From a virus, in the IMG/VR virus record IMGVR_UViG_3300044630_004371, positions 22,859-86,858 of that record: DNA of 64,000 bases; one strand, given 5' to 3'. Shown here piece by piece: positions 28,802 to 39,631 of this stretch. A model generated the notes under the pieces. That model saw nothing but the letters and a program-made list of their open reading frames with translations. It was not told the origin of the DNA and made no database searches. The position numbers and the translations under genes were made by a program. Positions within the stretch are counted from its first letter, which is position 1. Every line of letters starts with the position of its first letter.

Positions 28802-31315
28802 ATGAATAGAGAGATTTACCCAAAGGTAAAATTGATAATTACCCAATCAATGAAGGAGGCCAAGTCTTTTGATGATGTTAAAGTTAGACCAGAACACATA
28901 GTTATGTCTATTTTATTAGACGATGACAATGAATGTGTTAAAATACTTAAAAAGTTGAATGTAAATACAATAGATTTGTATGATAAAATAAGTGAATATC
29001 TTAGGTTAAATGATTTAACACCTAGGGTTATTAATTCGACCAAAACCAAACTTCCTTTTTCTGATGAAACCAAATCGGTTATAAAAGACTTGGATAAAGA
29101 ATGTGAAAAAATGAATGATAATATGATAGACACAACACATATATTGTTATCTATCTTATCAAAAAAATTACCATCGACCAAAATATTGAATGAGGTTTAT
29201 GATATAAATTATAACAGTTTTATGAAAGAAATGAAAAAAATTAAAGATGGTTTTAAGGGCAACGTATACGGTGCGGCTTACGAAGGGGATGAAGGGGATG
29301 AACAAGAATCGTTAAAAAGAAAATCCAAACAAGTTGATGGAAAAAGCAAAACACCTGTATTAGATAATTTTTGTAGAGATATATCCAAGGCTGTGGATAA
29401 AGATGAAATAGACCCAGTTGTTGGTCGTAAAATAGAAATCAAACGTGTTTCACAAATTCTATCTAGAAGAAAGAAAAACAATCCAATATTGATTGGTGAA
29501 CCAGGGGTTGGTAAGAGTTCTATTGTAGAAGGTCTTGCTCAACTCATCAAAGATGGCAACGCACCCAGAACACTTATTGGTAAGAAAATATTCATGTTGG
29601 ACCTAGCATCACTGGTAGCTGGTACCAAATATCGTGGCCAATTTGAAGAAAGAATGAAAGCTGTTTTGGAAGAATGTAAAGCCAACCCAGACATCATTTT
29701 ATTTATTGATGAATTACACACAATCATTGGTGCTGGTAATGCGTCTGGTTCGCTAGATGCTTCAAACATATTTAAACCAGCGTTGGCACGTGGTGAAATA
29801 CAAATAATTGGTGCTACTACTCTTGATGAATATCGTGAGAATATTGAAAAAGACGGTGCTTTGACAAGACGTTTCCAACAAGTATTAGTTGAAGAACCTA
29901 CACTTGAAGAAACCAAAATTATCCTTATGAACATCAAGGATAAATACGAAAAACATCACAAGGTAAAATATACTGAAGAAGCTATTGATGAGTGTGTTAA
30001 ATTAGCAGACCGTTATATCACGGAAAGAAGTATGCCAGATAAAGCTATTGATATCATGGATGAAGCTGGTGCGTCAACCAATGTAACGCTTGAAAAACCA
30101 GAAGAAATGAAACAACTTGAAGCTAAAAAGCTTGAAATAAACGAAAGAAAGAAAGAAGTTGTTATAAAACAAAAATATGAAGAAGCTGCCAAGCTTAGAG
30201 ATGAAGAAAAAAAAGTAATTGAAGAGCTTCAAAATGTTATGAATAAATGGAACGAAAGACTTGAAAAGAAAACTACCGAAGTTGGTGTTGAATTGATTTC
30301 GGAGGTTGTGTCTATGATGACTGGTATTCCTTTGACCAAAATTTCTTCTCAAGAAAGCAAACGTCTGATGAATATGGACAAAGAACTCATGGGCAAAATT
30401 ATTGGCCAAGATGCCGCTGTTAGCAAAGTGGTTAAAGCGATAAAAAGAAGTAGATTGGGTCTTAAAGATAAAAACAAACCAACAAGCTTTATCTTTATGG
30501 GTGGTAGCGGTACTGGAAAAACCCTATTAGCTAAAAAAATAGCTGAAAAATTATATGGAGATGTTGATTCTTTAGTTAGATTTGATATGAGTGAATACAT
30601 GGAGAAACATTCCGTTTCAAAATTAATAGGTTCCCCAAATGGTTATGTTGGTTATGAACAGGGTGGTCAATTAACTGAAAAAATAAGAAGAAAACCGTAC
30701 TCAATCATTCTATTAGATGAAATTGAAAAAGCACACGAAGATGTTTTTAATATATTCTTACAAGTTTTTGATGAAGGTCATTTAACTGATGGATTAGGTA
30801 GGAAAGTTAATTTTAAAAATACCATTTTTATTATGACCTCTAATATTGGTGTTAAAGAATTAAATTCTTTCGGTTCATCTCTAGGTTTTCAAACTACAGA
30901 TACTATCTTAAACCAAGAAAATAGAAATAAAAATATACTAGAAAAAGCTTTAAAAAATAAATTTAAACCAGAATTTTTAAATAGAATTGATGAAATCATT
31001 ATATTTAAAGGTCTTTCATCAGAAGACATACATAAAATAATTTATCTTGAGATTGAAAACCTTGAAAAACGTTTATTAGAAATGAATTTTAAGTTAAAAA
31101 TTTCAAAAGAAGCTGTAGAATATTTAGCAAAACAAGGTTATGATGAAGCTTATGGTGCTAGACCAATAGCTAGGGCCATCCAACATTATGTTGAAGATGC
31201 AGTGGCCGATGAAATCCTTAACGGAAACATCAAAGAAGGTGAAACCATAACCATAGGATTTGAAGTTGAAAAAGAACAAATAACCATTAAATCAAACAAA
31301 ACAAAAACAAAATAA
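28802..31315 (+). CDS. clpC: ClpC-like AAA+ chaperone / protease ATPase subunit
   Basis: Clp N-domain, GEPGVGKS and GGSGTGKT Walker A motifs, UVR-like [14 protein letters not shown] ClpP-docking loop, [15 protein letters not shown]. Confidence 0.93.
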   Translation: MNREIYPKVKLIITQSMKEAKSFDDVKVRPEHIVMSILLDDDNECVKILKKLNVNTIDLYDKISEYLRLNDLTPRVINSTKTKLPFSDETKSVIKDLDKECEKMNDNMIDTTHILLSILSKKLPSTKILNEVYDINYNSFMKEMKKIKDGFKGNVYGAAYEGDEGDEQESLKRKSKQVDGKSKTPVLDNFCRDISKAVDKDEIDPVVGRKIEIKRVSQILSRRKKNNPILIGEPGVGKSSIVEGLAQLIKDGNAPRTLIGKKIFMLDLASLVAGTKYRGQFEERMKAVLEECKANPDIILFIDELHTIIGAGNASGSLDASNIFKPALARGEIQIIGATTLDEYRENIEKDGALTRRFQQVLVEEPTLEETKIILMNIKDKYEKHHKVKYTEEAIDECVKLADRYITERSMPDKAIDIMDEAGASTNVTLEKPEEMKQLEAKKLEINERKKEVVIKQKYEEAAKLRDEEKKVIEELQNVMNKWNERLEKKTTEVGVELISEVVSMMTGIPLTKISSQESKRLMNMDKELMGKIIGQDAAVSKVVKAIKRSRLGLKDKNKPTSFIFMGGSGTGKTLLAKKIAEKLYGDVDSLVRFDMSEYMEKHSVSKLIGSPNGYVGYEQGGQLTEKIRRKPYSIILLDEIEKAHEDVFNIFLQVFDEGHLTDGLGRKVNFKNTIFIMTSNIGVKELNSFGSSLGFQTTDTILNQENRNKNILEKALKNKFKPEFLNRIDEIIIFKGLSSEDIHKIIYLEIENLEKRLLEMNFKLKISKEAVEYLAKQGYDEAYGARPIARAIQHYVEDAVADEILNGNIKEGETITIGFEVEKEQITIKSNKTKTK

Positions 31316-31316
31316 C

Positions 31317-31343
31317 AAAAGGCCCAATTTTTTGGGCCTTTTT
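31317..31343 (+). terminator. Intrinsic terminator
   Basis: AAAAGGCCCAA-TTTT-TTGGGCCTTTTT. Confidence 0.8.
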
Positions 31344-31356
31344 GATATTTATAGTT

Positions 31357-31758
31357 ATGAAACCAATAATTAAACAACTTTTAAGAGAAAGATTGATGGG
31401 AAAAGAAGAGGCTGATTTAAGAGCAGTTGCTGATTTTGTCAACTTTGCCAAAGAATTTTTAGGTATTACAGATGATATAAAAATTAAATTGGCGTTTGAA
31501 AGAACATCAGACCTTAAAACAACAGCTTATTACAGCATGTTGGGTGAGTTGGTTGTCTACGCCAAAGATAGGGCTATTATCGATATCTGTCGTTCAATTG
31601 CACATGAATTGGTTCACCATAAACAAAACCTTGAAGAGCGATTGGTCAACGCTGTTAAAGACGGTGAAGACGGAAGTCCTATTGAAAACGAGGCCAACGC
31701 TGTAGCTGGTGTCATTATCAGAAAGTATGGCAAAATAAAACCAGAAATTTATATATAA
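31357..31758 (+). CDS. Putative internal head protein with HExxH metallopeptidase motif
   Basis: Starts MKPIIKQLLRE; AHELVHHKQ...ENEANA; ATATTTATA 3 nt before the ATG. Confidence 0.7.
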   Translation: MKPIIKQLLRERLMGKEEADLRAVADFVNFAKEFLGITDDIKIKLAFERTSDLKTTAYYSMLGELVVYAKDRAIIDICRSIAHELVHHKQNLEERLVNAVKDGEDGSPIENEANAVAGVIIRKYGKIKPEIYI

Positions 31759-31809
31759 AAAATGTGGTACATATTAAAAACATAATATAAAAGTTAAAAC
31801 CAAAAATTT

Positions 31810-32685
31810 ATGTATAATACAAAGTTATTATTAAAAGAAGAATTGATGCTCAATGATAGAAAAAATCTATTATCCGAGCATTCTATTTCTTTAATTAATA
31901 ATCAAGCGTATGTAAACCATGTCTTGGGTATTGACTGTGTCTTAAATGAACACAATTCATTGAGCTTAAGACGAGCAATCATCAATGAACAATTGATTGC
32001 TGAGGCGATGCTGGATTCAATAAACAAATACATAGGTATTGCTTATGAAAAAGGCAAAGAAAAAACCCTAGAAGTTGTTGATAGCATAAAGAATTTAAAA
32101 GACATAGCAAAATTGGTGAAGGATTTAATGTTGGACCCAGACTTGATGCGGACAGCTCTTAATCACCTTCAAATAAGTTTGGTCGATACCATGAAACGCA
32201 TAACGGATAGTGTAACCAAGATATTAACCACTATAAAGTTTAATATAGAGGGGTTTACTGATAAATTTAGCAAGTTGATTGAACATATAAGCAATGTAAG
32301 TGAAAAACTACTTAGTGAATCAGGGTGGACAGGTTTTCTAATCATCCTATCCTTTACGACCTTATTGGCTTATTTAGAGAAAACTTATATTGATGGAATG
32401 TTAACAAAAGGATTGGACTTTATTACTAAAAATGCTGGTATGGTTTCTATGATAGCAAATATTTTTGATAAATTCAAAGAACTTAAAGGGTTGGTTTTAA
32501 GTGCAGTAGACATCAAACCAATTCTTTCTTGGTTTGCCAGTGTAGGTGTCGGAGCAGCAGCTGGGGCTACAGTCGGAGCAGCATTCGCAGCCGTAGATAT
32601 AATAAATTTAATGGGTAAAATATTAGCACCAGTTATCAAATCAATCGATTGGGGTAAAAAATTACAAAAAAAACCACAAGTTTAA
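31810..32685 (+). CDS. Hydrophobic-helix protein, possibly an ejected membrane-interacting protein
   Basis: N-terminal LKE/LSE/LNE/INE sites; two hydrophobic segments. Confidence 0.6.
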   Translation: MYNTKLLLKEELMLNDRKNLLSEHSISLINNQAYVNHVLGIDCVLNEHNSLSLRRAIINEQLIAEAMLDSINKYIGIAYEKGKEKTLEVVDSIKNLKDIAKLVKDLMLDPDLMRTALNHLQISLVDTMKRITDSVTKILTTIKFNIEGFTDKFSKLIEHISNVSEKLLSESGWTGFLIILSFTTLLAYLEKTYIDGMLTKGLDFITKNAGMVSMIANIFDKFKELKGLVLSAVDIKPILSWFASVGVGAAAGATVGAAFAAVDIINLMGKILAPVIKSIDWGKKLQKKPQV

Positions 32686-32689
32686 AAAT

Positions 32690-33904
32690 ATGCCATATAC
32701 TCATAGAAAAGTAGGAGACAAACAATGCGTCTATAAAAAATACACAGGTTCCAAGGTTGGTTGTACAAAAGGTGATGTGAATAAATATCTAGCCGCATTA
32801 CACGCCAATGCCAATGAATCAGTAACAGAATCCAACACTTTAAAAGGTGGCAGTGATACAAAATATCCATACCCTATTTATAAAGGTGATGTATCAACAT
32901 TAAAAACAGATGGTGAAGGGGTATCTTTTTTCACAAGAGATAAAGAAGCTGCCGATTACTATACTTCTTCAAGACAACAACAAGGAATAAGTCCTAAAAC
33001 AAATAGCACATTTAAGGGATATTTACATACAAAAAACCCTTTGATTGTAGATGCTTTAAAACCAAGTCCTATAGAATTAAAAGACGCAAATGGAAATGTA
33101 TTAGGTATTTTTGGACAGGGTGATTATATCCAAGCAGTAAAAGATGCTGGGTATGACGCAATCATAATAAATAAAAAATTCGGCACCCATTTAGATGGAT
33201 GGGAAATCATCTCGTTCGATAGGAAACAAATAATACCAAAAACAATGGATTCAATTACGGAAATTAACAAACTTAAAGGTGGCAAGTCTGATAAAATGTC
33301 TGTTGAAAATATAGCAAAAAAGTTTAAGGTATCAGTTGGTAAAATACAAGCTCAAATACAAAAGGGTATCAAGATTGAAATGGAACATACTTCCGATAAA
33401 GAAAAAGCGACAGAAATAGCCATGGACCACGTATCTGAATTCCCAGATTACTATGATAGACTTATTAAAATGGAAAAGAAAGCCGATAAAAAATGGGCTC
33501 TAGATGAAAATAAAAGTCTAATTAAACGTTTATTAAATGAAAATTTAAATAAGAGAGAATCTTTAAATAATTTATTATTAAATTTTGGAATGTTAACAAC
33601 GCTGGGTTTTTCACAAATAACTAAAATGGGTAAAGATGAAGAAGCAACCAAGGAATTAACTTTAATGATGCAAAACATTAGAAAACCAATAATAAATGGA
33701 ATGCCATATGTTAAATTAATAGAAAATATAAATGTATTGGTAAATAATCCAAAATTACTTTCAGCTGTTGTTAATAAAGTTAGAGAATTTTTAATCTACA
33801 TAAAACCAAGGATAATTAAATATGTTCAAGATAGTGATGTTAAAACTAATTGGTTGGGGAAAATTGAGAATTTAGAAAAACTATATTTGGAAGTAATAAA
33901 ATAA
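32690..33904 (+). CDS. Polyprotein: small module, ART-PolyVal-like ADP-ribosyltransferase, GIKIEMEH module and helical module
   Basis: YKG..GVSFFT.DKEAADYY..YLHTKNPL..AGYDAIII..EIISFD..QI; modules joined at VTE, ITE, LDE and LIKRLLNE. Confidence 0.6.
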   Translation: MPYTHRKVGDKQCVYKKYTGSKVGCTKGDVNKYLAALHANANESVTESNTLKGGSDTKYPYPIYKGDVSTLKTDGEGVSFFTRDKEAADYYTSSRQQQGISPKTNSTFKGYLHTKNPLIVDALKPSPIELKDANGNVLGIFGQGDYIQAVKDAGYDAIIINKKFGTHLDGWEIISFDRKQIIPKTMDSITEINKLKGGKSDKMSVENIAKKFKVSVGKIQAQIQKGIKIEMEHTSDKEKATEIAMDHVSEFPDYYDRLIKMEKKADKKWALDENKSLIKRLLNENLNKRESLNNLLLNFGMLTTLGFSQITKMGKDEEATKELTLMMQNIRKPIINGMPYVKLIENINVLVNNPKLLSAVVNKVREFLIYIKPRIIKYVQDSDVKTNWLGKIENLEKLYLEVIK

Positions 33905-33939
33905 AAGCTCAAATTAAAAAGGGTTGAAAAAAATGGGTA

Positions 33940-35670
33940 ATGAAAAAAAAAATAAATGAACGTGAAATTGATGGGGATATGGTTATTCATTTCATCAAAA
34001 TTTTGGAAAAATCAAATATAGTCCCACGTGATTCATATAAAAACACAAAATTAATAGAAACGATAACAGCAATCATATCAATGTCTGAAAACGATTTTTA
34101 TAATTATATAAAGGAAAACCCTAATCGTAATGTTCAAATGATTCGAACTGAATTCAATGATTGGAAACAAGTATATGGTAAGATTAGTGAAGGTGTGAAA
34201 AATTATCTTGCAACAGCAGCGTTAGGTTTAGGTTTAATGGGAACCCCTAACATCACAAAGGGTTCAAATTTAACACAAATAGTTCAAAATCAATCACATA
34301 AAATTTTAAACACGGTAAGTTTCGATGCTTATCAACCAACATCAAACCCAGATTTAGATTTGGTTCATGGTGCTTTAGGTTCAAATAGGTTACAAGATGA
34401 TTTTGAAAAAAGAGTTGAACAAGAATTGTCAAGGCAAGTAAAAAATGGCAATACACCTAGTGTGTCTAATATACAAGTAAAAACATATGTACAAGGTGAT
34501 AGAATAATAACCAAAGCATCTTGTGATATCATTCAATCTGAGGATGGAATTGCCTATACACATTTCACAACTAGGGGTTCAATAGGTTCCAATTATGATA
34601 AAAGACATGATATCCAAATAAATGGACTAATTAACAGATTAGAAAACTACTACGGGGGAGTTGCTAAACAAATTGGTAACCCTATTGATATTTCTTTTAC
34701 ATTAAACGGTAGTATTATAACCTATAGACAAAGTTTCTTTGTTGCATCCGATACCAAAAGTCTAATAAAAATAAATTTTGAAAGTAAAGAAATTATTGGT
34801 TCCGATATTAATGATTTGAGAAATAAATTAAATTCGGAAACGCAAAACATTTATATAGACGTTAACTCTATTAATGTTGATATGAATAATTATAAAATAT
34901 CCTACAAAATTGGTAATGTTAAAATATATAAAATTTCTTTATTATTTGACGATTCTGGTAATTTACAAAATAGATTGAAAAATGTAAAGATACAAAACCA
35001 AACCTTTAAAGAAATTAAAGTGGGCAAGGTAGGTAATTTAGAATGGGTTGTTGGTTTAATACCTTATGAAGAAAAAGTAAATGAAGGTACCAAATCTTTG
35101 ATTAAACGTATTATTCGTGAGAAATTTGAAATAGTTAAAAATGTCCTTGATATTCAAGAACCATTTGATTCTATGAAAATTATTAAAATTAACGGTAGAA
35201 ATGTTTATGTGTTATTTGGAAATGTTGATTATTATGAAAATAAAGAATCGATTCTAGCATTAAAAAGAAAATCTAATGATATCTCCATTAATCACGATAA
35301 TTATCATAAATTTTTAATAGAAGCAAAAAATAGATTTTTTAGTATTCCAGAATTAAAAAATGTTGGAACTGTTATCTCAATTGAAACGACAGCCCCGATT
35401 ACTGATGAATTATCTGATGCGCTTAACCTTCCTTATAAAAAACATGGGTTTTTAAAACAAAATTCAAATTTCAAAATGAAAGACGTACCCTTAGATAAAC
35501 GTTCAGAAGTTAAAAATTTATTTAACCTAAACTTTGATATCAAAAATAATGAATCAATATGTATTCTAGATGATTTTATAACGACTGGAACATCATTTAA
35601 AAATGCGTTTAGTCTATTACCAAACAATGTTGATTCTGTTGGTGTGTGTTTATTTATTTTAAAAAGCTAA
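33940..35670 (+). CDS. Polyprotein with C-terminal phosphoribosyltransferase-like domain
   Basis: ICILDDFITTGTSF PRPP-binding loop; junctions ISE, VNE and LIKRIIRE. Confidence 0.65.
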   Translation: MKKKINEREIDGDMVIHFIKILEKSNIVPRDSYKNTKLIETITAIISMSENDFYNYIKENPNRNVQMIRTEFNDWKQVYGKISEGVKNYLATAALGLGLMGTPNITKGSNLTQIVQNQSHKILNTVSFDAYQPTSNPDLDLVHGALGSNRLQDDFEKRVEQELSRQVKNGNTPSVSNIQVKTYVQGDRIITKASCDIIQSEDGIAYTHFTTRGSIGSNYDKRHDIQINGLINRLENYYGGVAKQIGNPIDISFTLNGSIITYRQSFFVASDTKSLIKINFESKEIIGSDINDLRNKLNSETQNIYIDVNSINVDMNNYKISYKIGNVKIYKISLLFDDSGNLQNRLKNVKIQNQTFKEIKVGKVGNLEWVVGLIPYEEKVNEGTKSLIKRIIREKFEIVKNVLDIQEPFDSMKIIKINGRNVYVLFGNVDYYENKESILALKRKSNDISINHDNYHKFLIEAKNRFFSIPELKNVGTVISIETTAPITDELSDALNLPYKKHGFLKQNSNFKMKDVPLDKRSEVKNLFNLNFDIKNNESICILDDFITTGTSFKNAFSLLPNNVDSVGVCLFILKS

Positions 35671-35710
35671 ATCAATTGTATAAACATATTCAAATGATTT
35701 TTATAAGTGT

Positions 35711-35983
35711 TTAAGCCAATTTAAATTCAAAATCATTTGCGTAAAATCTTTTCGAACCAAATTCAACAACATATTCACCACTAGTTTCCCTACCAATGTA
35801 TTCACCTTTCATACTTGGGGTAATCGTTTTATCACCAATTTGCTTTTCTTCACCAACCCAAACAATTTCATCACCTCTTTTTAATTCTACACTTTCTTTT
35901 ATTATCATTTTAGTTTTCAAGTATCTTTTTTCAACCAAAATATTGGTTTTACTTATGTTTAATTTTTTATCTGATTTTCTCAT
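35711..35983 (-). CDS. Small putative head protein (SH3-like C-terminal part)
   Basis: 90-aa ORF with an IKE site; ATATTTATA motif upstream. Confidence 0.6.
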   Translation of the reverse strand: MRKSDKKLNISKTNILVEKRYLKTKMIIKESVELKRGDEIVWVGEEKQIGDKTITPSMKGEYIGRETSGEYVVEFGSKRFYANDFEFKLA

Positions 35984-36022
35984 AGTATCTTTTTAATATA
36001 AATATCTTATGGTTGTTAAAAA

Positions 36023-36490
36023 TTACCCCCCAATATACTCATGACTACCACATAGTCTTTTATTATCAGCGTAATGACCCTTGAATATATTATTATGTGT
36101 TATGTCTAATCTAAGTTTTTTATTCTTACTTGTAGGTTTCCACAAAGGAGAATTCTCTCGATACCAAACCATTCGTGGATGTGCAGTACGACTAAAATAT
36201 CTATGACCTTGGTCTATGTGTATCTGACCTATTGCATCTGAAAATCTAACACCAATCCCCATACCTTGATAATCTGGAAGAATACAAGTTCGATGACCAC
36301 GCCATGCTTTTTTTAGTGCACCGTTGGGTAAGGTTAGTGTGGCCCCAAAAGCAACCACTTGGTCTCCCCAAACACCTATATAACATCTGGAAGCTTTGTT
36401 TATGTTGCCATCTAAATAGTGATGGTCTTTAAACATTCGCCAACTATCATAGTTTGTCCGATATATTTTGATAGTGATTTCTGGTCGGAC
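36023..36490 (-). CDS. GNAT/Mom-like acetyltransferase domain, -1 frame continuation of the upstream ATPase
   Basis: RPEI...W.MF..HHYL, R.CILPDYQGMGIG acetyl-CoA motif; frame is open from the T9 run. Confidence 0.75.
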   Translation of the reverse strand, partial: VRPEITIKIYRTNYDSWRMFKDHHYLDGNINKASRCYIGVWGDQVVAFGATLTLPNGALKKAWRGHRTCILPDYQGMGIGVRFSDAIGQIHIDQGHRYFSRTAHPRMVWYRENSPLWKPTSKNKKLRLDITHNNIFKGHYADNKRLCGSHEYIGG

Positions 36491-37101
36491 AAAAAAAAAC
36501 CGTGAAGTAATTCACCAGTATCCGTATTAAGAACCCAATCTGGTTCCAACCACTCTACAATATCATGATGACATGTTGATATAACAACATTATGTATATC
36601 ATTGCTTTTGATATACCTAGATAAAGATACACTGGCTGCTTTGGCCACCGTTCTATCAACAACACTGGTATACTCGTCAATAACAGTCCCTGTCTTAATT
36701 TTTCTAGCTAAATCAGCTCTAAATTTTTCACCGTTGGATAAAACATTGTAAGGTTTGTACCATGAAGGTATTGTGTTAAAACCAACAGAACCCAATCTAT
36801 TGATTCCTTCGTCTGGGGTGTCAAAATGTGAAATGATTGATTTGTTGGTATCCCAAATAGGATATTCTTCTTTTCCAAATTTTTTAAGTATGGTTGATTT
36901 ACCAGAACCACTAGAACCCACTATTACACCTATTTTAAACGTGTTTGGAAGACTAGTTGGCATCTTCCATGGGTAGAATCTTGATGTGCCATCAAAGGTA
37001 CAATCAAATGCTTTTTCACTAGCAGTTATAAATTCATCTCTAACAACACTTGAAATCAATGGTTCTGACTCTCTGACTAATTTTTCGATTATATTGTCCA
37101 T
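36412..37101 (-). CDS. Soluble ABC-type ATPase
   Basis: GSSGSGKST, LSNGEKFRA signature, VIDEYTSVVDR, TCHHD. Confidence 0.85.
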   Translation of the reverse strand: MDNIIEKLVRESEPLISSVVRDEFITASEKAFDCTFDGTSRFYPWKMPTSLPNTFKIGVIVGSSGSGKSTILKKFGKEEYPIWDTNKSIISHFDTPDEGINRLGSVGFNTIPSWYKPYNVLSNGEKFRADLARKIKTGTVIDEYTSVVDRTVAKAASVSLSRYIKSNDIHNVVISTCHHDIVEWLEPDWVLNTDTGELLHGFFLSDQKSLSKYIGQTMIVGECLKTITI

Positions 37102-37191
37102 TGGATAAAGATACTGGGGAATAACCTTAAAGTAAATAAAATAGCTAGGTTACCCTAAAAGATAACCTAGCCATTGTATTTTTTGTTAAAA

Positions 37192-37401
37192 TTACTTCCT
37201 TTTTCCTTCAGTTAAAGCTTTGTATTGAGCTTCTAACTTAGCGATTTTACCTTCCAAAACAGTTGTTTTGTTAGTTTGTTTTTTTGCTTGTTCGTTAACC
37301 CACTGTTGTTTTTTTACTGCAACTGCTTCATTTACGATATTATCAATCAAGTCCACAAGGTCGTTTTCTTTAATTTTAACTGTTTTTTTTGTATTTGACA
37401 T
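37192..37401 (-). CDS. Small coiled-coil late protein
   Basis: KKTVKIKENDL..IVNE tag; ATATTTATA motif upstream. Confidence 0.65.
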   Translation of the reverse strand: MSNTKKTVKIKENDLVDLIDNIVNEAVAVKKQQWVNEQAKKQTNKTTVLEGKIAKLEAQYKALTEGKRK

Positions 37402-37488
37402 GTCTTTAAGGTTTTAATAAAATCTTATTTATTACATATAAATATGTTGGTATTCCCAAAAAGAATACAATAACTAAAAATAATTTGG

Positions 37489-37638
37489 TTATTCTTCTTC
37501 AACAATAAATATCATTAATAATGACTCAACGTCAAGTTTTTTTATGTTAGCGAAAAAATCTCTAGCCTCAAAAAGACTTTCAGCTTTGATTCTATAAATT
37601 ATCTCACCAGTTCTATTTTTTAATACGTATTTATCCAT
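37489..37638 (-). CDS. Small hypothetical protein (49 aa, MDKYVLKNRTGEII...)
   Basis: Read by eye; ATATTTATA at 37652-37660. Confidence 0.5.
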   Translation of the reverse strand: MDKYVLKNRTGEIIYRIKAESLFEARDFFANIKKLDVESLLMIFIVEEE

Positions 37639-37779
37639 ATTTATGCTTTTATATAAATATACAAAAACATCAGCAACAAATAAAGATTAACACTTATAGT
37701 TGATAACGTTTAATATCACATAAGCTTTTTAAAACTTGATATAAATAAAAAAGGCCCCAAATATATTGGAACCTTTATC

Positions 37780-39204
37780 TTAATTTATTTCAGTTTTTGG
37801 TAACAAAAGTTTTAATTTTTGATAGTTCTCTTCACCTATATCACCTTCTTTTATACCCAATCTATGTAGTGACCCACCGTTGCTTTTATCTAAATAGGTA
37901 ATTTCAAATGGAATATCTTTAATCGGGTTACCTGTAAGATTCAAAAACACAAGGTTTTTTAACGCACCTATTTCTTTAGGTAACGTTTTGATACGGTTAT
38001 CAGTCAAGACCAACATCTCCAAATTCTTCAAATCACCAATAGATGGATGTAGCTCAACCAATTTTGCCTTGGTGATAATAAACTGGTCAATGTTCTTAAA
38101 TCGACTTAAACTTGGTAATTTAGGTACGTCTCTATTCATAATTCTTATTGTTGGTGTGTCTTCTGGAAACATTTCGAATAAACTCTCTGCAAACCCAAAT
38201 TGAATCAAAAAATCCAAATATTTGTTGTTTTCTATTCCTTTTTTAAACTCTTTAGCCATTCCCATCAATTCCTCGTAAAAGTAATTGCTTAACCCTTCAC
38301 TCTCAGCAATTACATCCTCAAAAATACTAACGTTTTGGCTGTTTTTTCTATCTTTTAATTGGTTGGTTTCAAAGTGTATTTGATACATCTCTTCAGATTC
38401 ACCACTAAAAAATTTATTGTTTATTATAATATAGATATTTGAGTTTTTACCATTTGGCTTTTTATGGTTTTGAGTATAGTTTTTAAACATCCCATTACCA
38501 TCTTTTGCTGTACACCAGTTAGCAAACTTATCAAACACAACATTCGCTGCGGTTGTTTTAGGAATAAACAGTGTAAACTTTCTATCCTTGACTGGAATCT
38601 CAGCTTGTCCAGATTCCATAAATTTATTCATTGTCCTCTCAACCGCACTTGGTTCCCTCTCAATAAAAGGGTCAACAGCATCAAATAATTGTGATAACGA
38701 TTTGTATTGGTTGATATTGGTAGGGTCTTCCACATGTTTAAGACTATAACTGTTTTGACACAATTCCTTAAATTTACGCTTTCTTTTATTATCCTCAAAC
38801 AATAAAAGATAAACATTGGCTTGTGGCAAGTCCTCACTAACAAATCGTATAGCAGATAAAATGTCGTTTTCACCACCATTTTTTAATAGTCTAGTAAACA
38901 CGTTAAGCATCCATTGTAAATACATTTTATGTTCAGTTGGGTCAGCTACTATCATTTCTGAAAATACTTGAGAACAAACACTAACTTTTTTTAATATACG
39001 ATTTTTGTCATTGTTTTTCATGGAAAGAATACCAATTAAATTACCATTGGTGGTTGTAATCTTTTTGCTCTCATATCCATCAATTTTTAATTGTCCTAGT
39101 TTGGTATCAAGAGGGTCGCTATCTAAATTATCACTAACACACTCAAAAACATCAAATTGTTCAGCCAAGAATGATAATCTATCTGTAATATTTATTTCTT
39201 TCAT
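37780..39204 (-). CDS. Leucine-rich-repeat protein
   Basis: C-terminal LHPSIGDLKNLEMLVLTDNRIKTLPKEIGALKNLVFLNLTGN; central NWCTA motif; start moved to 39204, behind a TATATTTG box. Confidence 0.8.
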   Translation of the reverse strand: MKEINITDRLSFLAEQFDVFECVSDNLDSDPLDTKLGQLKIDGYESKKITTTNGNLIGILSMKNNDKNRILKKVSVCSQVFSEMIVADPTEHKMYLQWMLNVFTRLLKNGGENDILSAIRFVSEDLPQANVYLLLFEDNKRKRKFKELCQNSYSLKHVEDPTNINQYKSLSQLFDAVDPFIEREPSAVERTMNKFMESGQAEIPVKDRKFTLFIPKTTAANVVFDKFANWCTAKDGNGMFKNYTQNHKKPNGKNSNIYIIINNKFFSGESEEMYQIHFETNQLKDRKNSQNVSIFEDVIAESEGLSNYFYEELMGMAKEFKKGIENNKYLDFLIQFGFAESLFEMFPEDTPTIRIMNRDVPKLPSLSRFKNIDQFIITKAKLVELHPSIGDLKNLEMLVLTDNRIKTLPKEIGALKNLVFLNLTGNPIKDIPFEITYLDKSNGGSLHRLGIKEGDIGEENYQKLKLLLPKTEIN

Positions 39205-39249
39205 ATTATATTTAGCAAATATACTAAAAAATTTTGAACAAGACAAGTA

Positions 39250-39594
39250 TTATAAGTAGAATCGTCTAAAATAATCATCTTCTAAATACTCCTCAACTCT
39301 TCTTTTAAAAAACCAAGTCGAACAATCAACATTTTCTGACTCTCTTTCAATAATATTTAAAATTACTTCATTTGGATTTTCACCATCTGATAACCTATAT
39401 TTTATCTCTTTTAAATAATTTCCTTTGCCCTGTCTAACCAACTGTTCTATTATTATACTATACGTTTCCCATCTAGTCTCTCCCTCTTCATCAATAGTGT
39501 TTAAAATGTTAAATAAGTGATTGTTATAAGCCTCGTCAAGTCTAGATTTTTTACTATGACTAGGGTTTAATAAAAAAATATTAGTTCCCATCAT
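39250..39594 (-). CDS. Hypothetical protein, paralogous to 40670-40990
   Basis: Shared W.TY..I...L...KE..Y.L.D..NPNEVI pattern. Confidence 0.65.
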   Translation of the reverse strand: MMGTNIFLLNPSHSKKSRLDEAYNNHLFNILNTIDEEGETRWETYSIIIEQLVRQGKGNYLKEIKYRLSDGENPNEVILNIIERESENVDCSTWFFKRRVEEYLEDDYFRRFYL

Positions 39595-39631
39595 TGTAGT
39601 TTAAGTTAAATGTTATTTACTATAAATATCT

